From positions 1,860,001-1,892,000 of the forward strand of contig NC_009925.1 in assembly GCF_000018105.1 (NCBI RefSeq): DNA of 32,000 nucleotides, given 5' to 3'. Position 1 is the stretch's first letter. Each line of letters begins with the position of its first letter. Shown piece by piece: positions 9,701 through 15,403 of the stretch. The position numbers were made by a program, and so were the translations under genes. A model generated the notes under the pieces. The model saw only the letters and a list, made by a program, of their open reading frames with translations. It was not told where the DNA came from and ran no database searches. The DNA comes from Acaryochloris marina MBIC11017. Its GTDB lineage: Bacteria > Cyanobacteriota > Cyanobacteriia > Thermosynechococcales > Thermosynechococcaceae.

Positions 9701-11489
9701 CCACCATCCAGAAATTACCGTTGGCATCCTTCAAAATGCCTTCAAAGTCGCCTCCAAAGGGATCAAAGGCCAGCGGATTACCAAATAAATCTACCGGCTG
9801 CTCATCAACGGCCTCATTATTGATATTGGAGCGCCCCGTAATCGGAGTACCGTCCCCTTGGGTGAGGAAAATCTGATCGGCAATGGTAACGCTGGTCAGA
9901 TCTGGGGTCACTTCTAATTTGACAATCCGAGCCTGATAATCCGGTAAGGCAAAGGGGCGCTCATTGATGCCATCCCCATCCACATCTAGGGTGTCAGGAT
10001 TAGGCCCCCGATCTGGAATCGTGTAAAAAATCAGATTGCCAGAGCTGGAATCGGTACCGCCATACCACAGTCCGGATAAGCCGCCCAACAGAATCTCTTG
10101 ACCGGCTGGCGTCGTCCCCAGGCTGGGTAAGTCGTCGAGGGTCAGCTGCGTCAGCTGGGCAGGCCCTCGACTAAAATCTTTGGTCCCCAAGGGCAGGATG
10201 TCCGTTACGGTTGCTGAGACGATATCCACCACGGCAAAGGCATTATTCTCCTGCAAGGTCACGAAGGCGGTGGTGCCGTCGGGGGAAATAGAGATAAATT
10301 CAGGTTCGACATCCTCAGAGGTGGTTTTATCAGGGAAGATCCGCACCCCTTTAGCTCGGAGTTCTGCTTCCCGGCCATCAAAGGCTGTGAAATCAGCCGT
10401 TTGTATGGATAGGTTGTCGAAACCTGCCGATAAATCAATAATGCTAATCGAGCCTGCTGGGTCAATATCGTCTTCAGGCTCGCCTTCATTCGCTACCAAC
10501 ACTTTGGTGCCATCAGGGGTAAAGGTGAGCATATCCGGTAGGGAACCCACTTCGATCTCACCCAGAAGTTCCCCATCGCTGTTGAGGAAAACCACGGTGC
10601 CGTTACTAGTGGCCGGATCGGCCTCAATTGCTACAGCAATAATGCCGTTCTGGATGGCAACGCTATTGGCCCCAGCCCCAAAGCTGGATAAGTCAATGGC
10701 GTCTAAGGCTTCAGGCTGGGTCGGATCCCTCAGATCCACGACCTGTAATTCCGTTTCCCCCGACACGACAAAGAGTTTTTGAGAGGCAGGGTCAAAGGCG
10801 TTAATTTCAGCCCCGTTGTCGAGGGTGACTCCCCCAATTTTGGTCAAGGGGCCATCCGAACCACCCGTTGGACCACCATTGCCGACCGTCAGAGAATCGG
10901 TGGGCAATGTCAGGGGGGAATTGCTTCCCGTCCAATTACTGGCATCACTAATCGCGGCCAAAAGTTCAGTGGGGGACCCCGTTACTGGACCGCTGTAGAC
11001 GGCGTTATCTACCTCTTGCGTGGGTCCAGCGCCTGCACCTACAGCAACTGCGGTAGTGCCGATTTCAAGGCCAGGGGGTAGCGCAGATGTGTTTGAAGAG
11101 GTTGCATCGGCCTGGAATTCCGTGCTGTTGGTCAGTAAGGCGAAGAGAAAGGTGGGGTCGGTGGAAAGGCCCTGGAAAGCAATAATTTGATCGCCACTGG
11201 TGGATAGGGAAAATCCACTGGTGCCTACTCCAGTATCATTATCGGCAGTGAAGTCGGCATTGTTTTTCACAAAATTGATGACCGTACCTGCGGTCAGAGC
11301 AGCTGGTGCAGTGTACTTCACGGCTCCTTCGTTGGCCCGAAAACTGCCATCACTGAGGACGCCACTATCGGTGAACCGAATTTCTGTACCTGCATCGATA
11401 TCGACGAGTAGGACAAAACTAAAGTCATCAGGATTATCAGCATTGATACCGATAATTGCGATGTCATCAGCAGAGAGGGAAGTAGCCAT
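3708..11489 (-). CDS. Giant secreted multidomain phosphoesterase: choice-of-anchor-I-like propeller + phytase-like esterase + ExeM/NucH-type EEP nuclease + 5'-nucleotidase-type metallophosphatase + RTX C-terminus
   Basis: Uninterrupted ORF, open up to TTG 11519. In-frame ATGs occur at 11495 and 11489; AGGA (11496-11499) sits 6 nt before ATG 11489, which is the start chosen here. That start gives MATSLSADD..., with no signal peptide. Domain motifs are listed in the sub-features. The C-terminus carries GGxGxD nonapeptides followed by a non-repeat tail. Confidence 0.95.
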   Translation of the reverse strand: MATSLSADDIAIIGINADNPDDFSFVLLVDIDAGTEIRFTDSGVLSDGSFRANEGAVKYTAPAALTAGTVINFVKNNADFTADNDTGVGTSGFSLSTSGDQIIAFQGLSTDPTFLFALLTNSTEFQADATSSNTSALPPGLEIGTTAVAVGAGAGPTQEVDNAVYSGPVTGSPTELLAAISDASNWTGSNSPLTLPTDSLTVGNGGPTGGSDGPLTKIGGVTLDNGAEINAFDPASQKLFVVSGETELQVVDLRDPTQPEALDAIDLSSFGAGANSVAIQNGIIAVAIEADPATSNGTVVFLNSDGELLGEIEVGSLPDMLTFTPDGTKVLVANEGEPEDDIDPAGSISIIDLSAGFDNLSIQTADFTAFDGREAELRAKGVRIFPDKTTSEDVEPEFISISPDGTTAFVTLQENNAFAVVDIVSATVTDILPLGTKDFSRGPAQLTQLTLDDLPSLGTTPAGQEILLGGLSGLWYGGTDSSSGNLIFYTIPDRGPNPDTLDVDGDGINERPFALPDYQARIVKLEVTPDLTSVTIADQIFLTQGDGTPITGRSNINNEAVDEQPVDLFGNPLAFDPFGGDFEGILKDANGNFWMVDEYRPAIYQFSPEGVLLNRYVPEGTAAQAGTGGGDDQENETATFGTETLPAEYINRRRNRGFEAVALDDETGILYAFIQTPLANPDRAASDNSDVIRILGIDTTTGEPVAEYVYLLEDPAVRSGGRVDKIGDAVFAGDGKFYVIERDFAVGDTAKKFIFEIDISAATNLLTLDEDEVGIFENGTLEQQSADALVAAGIQPVNKIKTTNLPSLGYLAGDKPEGLALLPDGTLVVLNDNDFALAGGEIPLDGSVLLDPDPAPITLGFIQFGEGNTLDPSDRDGGINLQNHPVFGLYQPDAIASFAIDGKTYYITANEGDARDEDARIADLTLDPTAFPDAATLQQEDQLGRLQVSTIDGDIDGDGDFDQLFSYGGRSFSIWDEVGNQVFDSGDQIARITAELAPELFNADDGDPAEFDSRSDNKGAEPEAVTIGQVGNRTYAFIGLERAGGGVLVYDVTNPTTPEFLQYIRDDADIAPEGLTFISTDDSPNGKSLLVVTNEESETVAVYEFIPEVKIFDIQGEGHLSEFEGETVTTTGIVTAVDFNGFYLQDAAGDGNDRTSDGIFVFTGSAPTVNIGDELELTGQVSELIPGGASTNNLSITQLSVDAVEVLSSGNALPTATVLGENGRLPSNDTVISADELPVNLQMDPGEYDPENDAIDFFESLEGMRVTVEDAVAISPTRVFNRFSAEAFTLPNQGANVSPDDALTDRGTLNLVSGPNNTGDQNPERIQIQFDPDLLPDGFEPPGLNVGDQPGDVTGVVGYSFGNFEVNVTEAFTPTPSGLEPEITTLVGTDTQLTVASYNVLNLDPNDGDGSTDVANGQFDRLAAQIVNNLQAPDIIALQEIQDNSGSVDDGTTAADQTLQMLVDAIAAAGGPTYEFRTIDPEDGAFGGQPGGNIRNAFLYNPDRVSIDDSSLQLLTPEVLAAAGASNPDAFEGSRTPLAANFEFNGQTVQVINNHFSSRFGSSPIFGATQPFIQAGEDAREAQAQAVNDFVDAQLADNPDANIIVAGDLNTFDTTNDLLEILPGVGDEQVLTSLVPQAVETDDAYTFIFDGNAQVLDHQFATNALAAGAEFDIVHVNNDFVRDDGQAIFDDSIVASDHEPIVGRFTLEDGGGSGGNGGGPGSGSGTFTLQILHASDLEGGVDAIGRAPNFAALTDLFEDEFENTVILSAGDNYLAGPFFNAAGDRTAFRDSGLFNELYNNLFGLPADLDGDAIDDFYAGLREGGGRVDISIMNLIGFDASAVGNHEFDLGSDTFESIIEPDFRDPGLGDDRSVGALFPYLSANLDFSGDADLSDVFTNGILVNTAFRTGPEQSLAGTPTPKIAPSTIIEEGGEQIGVLGATTQLLETISSPTGTTVIGPQTNDMAALAAILQPEVDRLRNLGINKIILVSHLQQFALEQELAGLLDGVDVIIAGGSDTLLADSMDVLRPGDVAAGDYPFETTDASGNPVLVVSTDGEYSYLGRLALDFDADGNILTNSLDPAVSGAYATTDEVVNTVYGTADVGDAIASSDKATAVQQLTDAVSDVVADQDGNVFGLSEVFIDGRRESVRTEETNLGNLTADANLAAAKTFDDTVVISLKNGGGIRAPIGEIDANGNELPPQANPISGKAEGEISQLDIDNSLRFNNSLTLLTLTADQLLAVIEHSVAATADGSTPGQFPQIAGIQFSFDPDLPAGDRVQSLAITDENGNDLDVVVQNGDIVGDASRTFRIVTLNFLADGGDGYPFPTGPEANRIDLPDVLTDPGAATFADPGTEQDALAEYLAANFPADADPATPAFAASETAPAEDTRIQNLDFRDDTVIDAVVPVFNEITGTNRRDVLRGTAEADDIKGLRGRDTLFGRDGNDQIAGNRGRDRLLGEAGDDTLIGGRGRDTLYGGADNDLLTGGPGADKLFGGAGDDTLVGGRGRDHLSGGSGADWFVLEIGQGQDTVLDFEVDQDILGLADGLTLGQLSASTDDGDTRISLNGSEQTLLILKGVTVTLTDLAIQDYSAV
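3934..4235 (-). repeat. Giant 1: about 10 RTX (GGxGxDxUx) calcium-binding nonapeptides, followed by a ~75-aa non-repeat C-terminus (3711-3933)
   Basis: LFGRDGNDQ IAGNRGRDR LLGEAGDDT LIGGRGRDT LYGGADNDL LTGGPGADK LFGGAGDDT LVGGRGRDH LSGGSGADW, then FVLE...DTVLDFEVDQDILGL. Confidence 0.85.
4440..6312 (-). other. Giant 1 domain: 5'-nucleotidase/UshA-type metallophosphatase plus C-terminal nucleotide-binding domain (approximate bounds)
   Basis: Follows a GGGSGGNGGGPGSGSG linker (about 6313-6370). Motifs: FTLQILHASDLEGG, ILSAGDNYLAGP, AVGNHEFDLG, IILVSHLQ, IIAGGSDT, TNLGNLTADA, ISLKNGGGIR, IVTLNFLADGGDGY. Confidence 0.7.
6375..8175 (-). other. Giant 1 domain: ExeM/NucH-type extracellular nuclease (OB-like N-part about 7320-8175; endonuclease/exonuclease/phosphatase fold about 6375-7315)
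   Basis: OB-like part: KIFDIQGEGHLSEFEGETVTTTGIVTAVDFNGFYLQD..SDGIFVF..IGDELELTGQVSE. EEP part: LTVASYNVLNL, DIIALQEIQD, GDLNTF, ASDHEPIVGRF. Confidence 0.7.
8190..8885 (-). other. Giant 1 domain: choice-of-anchor-I-like fold, second part (approximate bounds)
   Basis: LDPSDRDGGINL, GLYQPDAIASF, YYITANEGDARDED, GGRSFSIWD, DSRSDNKGAEPEAVT, YAFIGLERAGGGVLVYDV, APEGLTFI, LLVVTNEESETVAVYEF. Confidence 0.6.
8890..10100 (-). other. Giant 1 domain: phytase-like esterase segment (approximate bounds)
   Basis: LLGGLSGLWYGG, FEGILKDANGNFWMVDEYRPAIYQF, NRGFEAVALDD, VDKIGDAVFAGDGKFYVIERD, DKPEGLALLPDGTLVVLNDNDF. Confidence 0.6.
10170..10850 (-). other. Giant 1 domain: choice-of-anchor-I-like beta-propeller, first part (approximate bounds)
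   Basis: AEINAFDPASQKLFVVSG, NSVAIQNGIIAVAIEA, GSLPDMLTFTPDGTKVLVANEGEP, EPEFISISPDGTTAFVTLQENNAFAVVDI, ending LGTKDFS. Confidence 0.6.
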
Positions 11490-11617
11490 GAGCATTCCTA
11501 AGCAAACAGTAAAAAACAACCTGAAAACTTAATCGTCTTCAGAAGAGACCTAAATATGAGCAATTTTTCGGCTGCTTAATTTAGAGCCGAAGTAGTAATG
11601 AGTGAATTGAGAAAGTA

Positions 11618-11662
11618 GATTCTTCGTTAACCGTAAATATTGCCATCCCCCAACGAAGAATC
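11618..11662. repeat. Perfect 11-bp inverted repeat GATTCTTCGTT / AACGAAGAATC with a 23-nt spacer, in the leader/promoter region of giant 1
   Basis: Read directly: arms at 11618-11628 and 11652-11662, about 130-170 nt upstream of ATG 11489. Confidence 0.6.
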
Positions 11663-11696
11663 ATGCACGTGAGAAGCACTCCCAAAGTATTTGTCC

Positions 11697-11724
11697 AGCA
11701 GTATTAAAAACGTCTAATACTGCT
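11697..11724. repeat. Perfect 10-bp inverted repeat AGCAGTATTA / TAATACTGCT with an 8-nt loop, upstream of giant 1
   Basis: Read directly: arms at 11697-11706 and 11715-11724. Confidence 0.6.
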
Positions 11725-12423
11725 TTAGAAGTACCGTCAGTAAGCCTCGCAGAGGGATGTAAAGACGAGCTAAACTAAAGATTAAGAAGGCTTCTAGTTG
11801 CGGTTAAGTTTTGATTATGTTGAAAAAAACAAAAATAAACTAAGTTATTTCTTAATGCTTTGCAGAATATCGAAATAATCTACCCACACTTTGCCCAGGC
11901 TAAAAAGTAAATTTGAAATTCTAAATCTTTGGTAGCTATTCTGTCTTTCTCTTCGCTTTTATATTGGGTGTTTGCAGTAGACAGGAAGATAACTATTTAA
12001 GTAATAGTTGCTTTCTTTTTTTTAGAAAAGTAACCAATAAAATACAGCGGTTTTACCGCTAAAAGATCTCTATTTTGATGACTACTTTGTGGAGGACTGA
12101 TTCTTATTAAAAAAATGAGGATATATTTTTGTGTGAATCAAAAGCTATCAACGTCAAAATTGCAGTCCCCAAGCGTTCTACATCATTATTAAATGAATAA
12201 ATATTAAGTTCAACTGGGTTAGCATCTGTGCTCAAGGATATTTCTGTATATGAGTACAGATTCGCTACCTTATTTATTGCGTGAATTAATCTGTCTTTAT
12301 TGTCTTTTAATACTTTTGAATATCGAATTTATTCTCTATGACGAGTTTAGATTAATCTTTAATGAAGAAGCGTTAACCTATAGGATGTTTAGCGCCTTAT
12401 TCTGTATGAATTTATACATCTTT

Positions 12424-12448
12424 AAACTGCTGGAATAAGCAGTTTTTT
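12424..12448 (+). terminator. Intrinsic-terminator-like hairpin (8-bp stem AAACTGCT/AGCAGTTT, 6-nt loop, T6 run)
   Basis: Stem 12424-12431 / 12438-12445. The T-run 12443-12448 overlaps the descending arm. It lies 108 nt upstream of the permease ATG and overlaps the stop of the doubtful 62-aa ORF 12250-12438. Confidence 0.5.
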
Positions 12449-12555
12449 CACTCATTGACATCTGGTTGCCGTCCACGTTAAACAAGGGTTTGTCAGAGAA
12501 ATCATCTCTTGATAGTTTTTTGTGCGTGCTTTCTGTTGCATCCGGAGGAGTCCAT

Positions 12556-13524
12556 ATGGACGTCAGCCTCATCGTCTCAAATATTCTGAATCCACCCGTT
12601 CTATTTTTTTTCTTAGGTATGACGGCTGTCTTTGTTCAGTCTGACTTAGAAATACCTGCCCCGATTCCGAAACTCTTCTCGCTGTATCTGCTGTTTGCCA
12701 TTGGGTTTAAAGGTGGAGTTGAGCTGGTTAAAAGTGGGATTACCCAAGATGTGATGCTGACGTTGGCTGCTGCGGTGGTGATGGCATGCTTCGTGCCACT
12801 CTACACTTTCTTTATCCTCAAAATTAAGCTAGGGAATTATGATGCGGCTGCGATCGCAGCCACGTATGGTTCCATTAGTGCCGTTACCTTTATTACTGCC
12901 AGCGCCTTCCTAACCGAGTTAAGCATTGATTTTGATGGTTTTATGGTAGCTGCCCTAGCGTTGATGGAATCTCCCGCCATTATCGTTGGCTTAATTTTAG
13001 TTAACCTGTTTGCCGCCAATCGCGAACAAGACTTCGCATGGGGCGAAGTCCTCAAAGAAGCCTTTCTCAACAGCTCCGTTTTCCTGCTAGTGGGCAGTTT
13101 AATTATTGGTGTCTTAACCGGTGAGCATGGGTGGGAAGTTCTAGAACCCTTTACCCAAGGGTTATTTTATGGTGTGCTCACCTTTTTCTTACTCGATATG
13201 GGGTTAGTGGCTGCTCGCAGAATTAAAGACTTGCAAAAAACCGGTGTTTTCTTAGTTGGGTTTGCCATCCTGATACCCATCGTCAATGCCGGTATCGGGT
13301 TAGGCATCGCCAAACTCATTGGCATGTCCGTTGGCAATGCACTGTTATTCTCAGTGCTTTGTGCCAGTGCTTCCTACATTGCCGTTCCCGCCGCCATGCG
13401 AATGACTGTTCCTGAAGCCAATCCAAGTCTCTATGTTTCAACAGCCTTGGCTGTAACCTTTCCGTTCAACATTATTGTCGGCATCCCTCTGTACCTAGCT
13501 GGAATCGAGTTTTTATGGAACTAA
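12556..13524 (+). CDS. SbtA-family (DUF897-type) sodium-dependent bicarbonate-transporter-like permease, short form (322 aa)
   Basis: The track ORF starts at TTG 12466. I prefer ATG 12556, which is preceded by GGAGGAG (12544-12550). The product MDVSLIVSNILNPPVLFFFLGM... is about 10 hydrophobic segments. The C-terminal motifs ASASYIAVPAAMR..PEANPSLY resemble the SbtA ASSSDISGPP../..SANPSAY region. It lacks the long cytoplasmic loop of Synechocystis SbtA. Confidence 0.75.
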   Translation: MDVSLIVSNILNPPVLFFFLGMTAVFVQSDLEIPAPIPKLFSLYLLFAIGFKGGVELVKSGITQDVMLTLAAAVVMACFVPLYTFFILKIKLGNYDAAAIAATYGSISAVTFITASAFLTELSIDFDGFMVAALALMESPAIIVGLILVNLFAANREQDFAWGEVLKEAFLNSSVFLLVGSLIIGVLTGEHGWEVLEPFTQGLFYGVLTFFLLDMGLVAARRIKDLQKTGVFLVGFAILIPIVNAGIGLGIAKLIGMSVGNALLFSVLCASASYIAVPAAMRMTVPEANPSLYVSTALAVTFPFNIIVGIPLYLAGIEFLWN

Positions 13525-14155
13525 GCGCTTGTTCCTTTGAATACTGTGTAAAGTTTTAGATGCTTCAGCTCAGTCAGATGTTAATGATTATGCTGTCATC
13601 CGTAATGTTGCGGGAATAGGCTGGTGAGTTAGAACTGGAGCTTAGACCAAACGAGGCGGGATACTGTTTATGACCGTATTTTTTGCATCCCTAACCTCTT
13701 AAAAAGATATAAAAAATAATCGTCCTCTTTTGCACAATTTTTGGTAAAGCTGTTCCGTCACGGATACCCCAGAAATCCTATTAGCGCGCTATTGGAGCAA
13801 GATTTGTAGCCTCTACTTTGGGTTCGCCTAATAACAACTTTCTGCAACCATTTATCTACTAAATGGATTTATTAAAAAATTTTACTACTGGTTAAAAATC
13901 AGTGTTTGCACGGTGAAAGAAGCAGAAAAGACAAGCGAACATAAACAAAAGCAAGTGTTCGTGGTTTAAAAAATGATGCCTAAACGATTCTTCAATCACT
14001 GCATGCATGTTGGCTTATGGTTGTGCGTCGCCTCAGTCGCATTGCCTCTAATTGGCAGACTGTAAGTTAGGGAATGATGTTGTCAATTTAGCGAAACCGA
14101 CTCAGTGGAACAGTAACGTTCTAAGCTGGTTGAGAGTGTTCATCGCTAAGACAAC

Positions 14156-15385
14156 ATGGCAACGATTAACGACAATTATTTAAAGCTCAAAGCAGGTTAC
14201 TTATTTCCTGAGATTGGTCGCCGAGTCAGCGCATTTGCTGAGGCCAATCCCGACGCACCGATTATCAAGCTTGGTATTGGGGATGTGACCGAACCCCTAC
14301 CTGAAGCCTGTCGAAGTGCCATGGTCACCGCCGTTGAAGACATGGGGAATCGCGATTCCTTCAAAGGCTATGGTCCTGAGCAGGGCTATGGCTGGTTACG
14401 GGAAAAAATTGCCGCCCATGATTTTCAGGCCCGAGGTTGTGACGTGGATGCTGGGGAGATTTTTATCTCTGACGGTTCCAAGTGTGACTGCGGCAATATC
14501 CTCGATATTTTTGGCGATAACAACACCATTGCCGTCACCGATCCGGTGTATCCCGTCTATGTCGATACCAACGTCATGGCCGGACATACGGGTCCTTGCA
14601 ATGATCAGGGCGAATATGAAGGACTCACCTATTTACCGATTAATGCGGGCAATAATTTCACGGCTCAGATTCCCAGCCAAAAGGTGGATTTGATCTATCT
14701 CTGTTTCCCCAATAACCCCACTGGAGCGGTGGCGAGCAAGAGCCATCTGCAAGATTGGGTGAACTATGCCAAATCCCACGGCTCCATCATTCTGTTTGAT
14801 GCCGCCTATGAAGCCTTTATTACCGATCCCGAGATTCCCCACTCCATTTATGAAATTGAGGGGGCCAGAGACTGTGCGATTGAGTTTCGTTCCTTCTCTA
14901 AAAATGCCGGATTTACCGGAACTCGCTGTGCCCTAACGGTTGTCCCCAAAACCTTAATGGCCAAAGCAGCGGATGAATCCGATGTCGAACTCTGGAAGCT
15001 GTGGAACCGTCGCCAATCCACCAAATTTAACGGCGTCTCCTACATCGTCCAGCGCGGGGCAGAAGCCGTCTATTCTGAAGCGGGTCAGGCCCAAACTAAA
15101 GCCCTAATCAGCTTTTACTTGGAAAATGCCAAAATCATTCGTGAGAAATTAACGGCTGCTGGACTACAAGTGTTTGGTGGCGTTAATGCGCCCTATGTGT
15201 GGGTGCAGACGCCCAATGGTATTTCTAGCTGGGACTTTTTCGATCAGTTGTTGCATAAAACCAATGTGGTTGGCACCCCTGGATCCGGCTTTGGGGCAGC
15301 GGGTGAGGGCTATTTTCGGATTTCAGCCTTTAATAGCCGGGCCAATGTGGAAGAAGCCATGCGGCGGATTACAGCAAACCTCTAA
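14156..15385 (+). CDS. dapL: LL-diaminopimelate aminotransferase
   Basis: 409 aa. The N-terminus [24 protein letters not shown] and [13 protein letters not shown] are hallmark DapL sequences. Aminotransferase class I motifs are also present ([14 protein letters not shown] with the PLP lysine, YFRISAF). Confidence 0.95.
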   Translation: MATINDNYLKLKAGYLFPEIGRRVSAFAEANPDAPIIKLGIGDVTEPLPEACRSAMVTAVEDMGNRDSFKGYGPEQGYGWLREKIAAHDFQARGCDVDAGEIFISDGSKCDCGNILDIFGDNNTIAVTDPVYPVYVDTNVMAGHTGPCNDQGEYEGLTYLPINAGNNFTAQIPSQKVDLIYLCFPNNPTGAVASKSHLQDWVNYAKSHGSIILFDAAYEAFITDPEIPHSIYEIEGARDCAIEFRSFSKNAGFTGTRCALTVVPKTLMAKAADESDVELWKLWNRRQSTKFNGVSYIVQRGAEAVYSEAGQAQTKALISFYLENAKIIREKLTAAGLQVFGGVNAPYVWVQTPNGISSWDFFDQLLHKTNVVGTPGSGFGAAGEGYFRISAFNSRANVEEAMRRITANL

Positions 15386-15403
15386 GGAATTGGGGCTGGA
15401 CCA

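Noticed and set aside
4190-11532. Many 60-200-aa ORFs listed inside giant gene 1 on either strand (e.g. 10180-10782, 7352-7753, 7509-7871, 7690-8064, 5536-5856, 11200-11532)
   Set aside because: All are nested in a 7.8-kb ORF with recognisable catalytic motifs. Their translations are low-complexity (S/P/R/A-rich), as expected for alternate frames of Asp/Gly/Thr-rich coding DNA.
12466-12555. N-terminal 30-codon extension of the permease ORF (TTG 12466)
   Set aside because: The extension is hydrophilic and not family-like. A strong GGAGGAG-ATG at 12544-12558 gives the typical MD..L N-terminus of the family.
13973-14065. 30-codon ORF (MMPKRFFNHCMHVGLWLCVASVALPLIGRL) upstream of dapL
   Set aside because: No SD or family resemblance. 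It could be chance in a 630-nt spacer.
13525-14155. Searched the spacer after the permease for sbtB, a tRNA or a lysine-type leader for dapL
   Set aside because: There are frequent stops in all frames, no tRNA-like T-arm or anticodon structure, and no conserved riboswitch core recognised.
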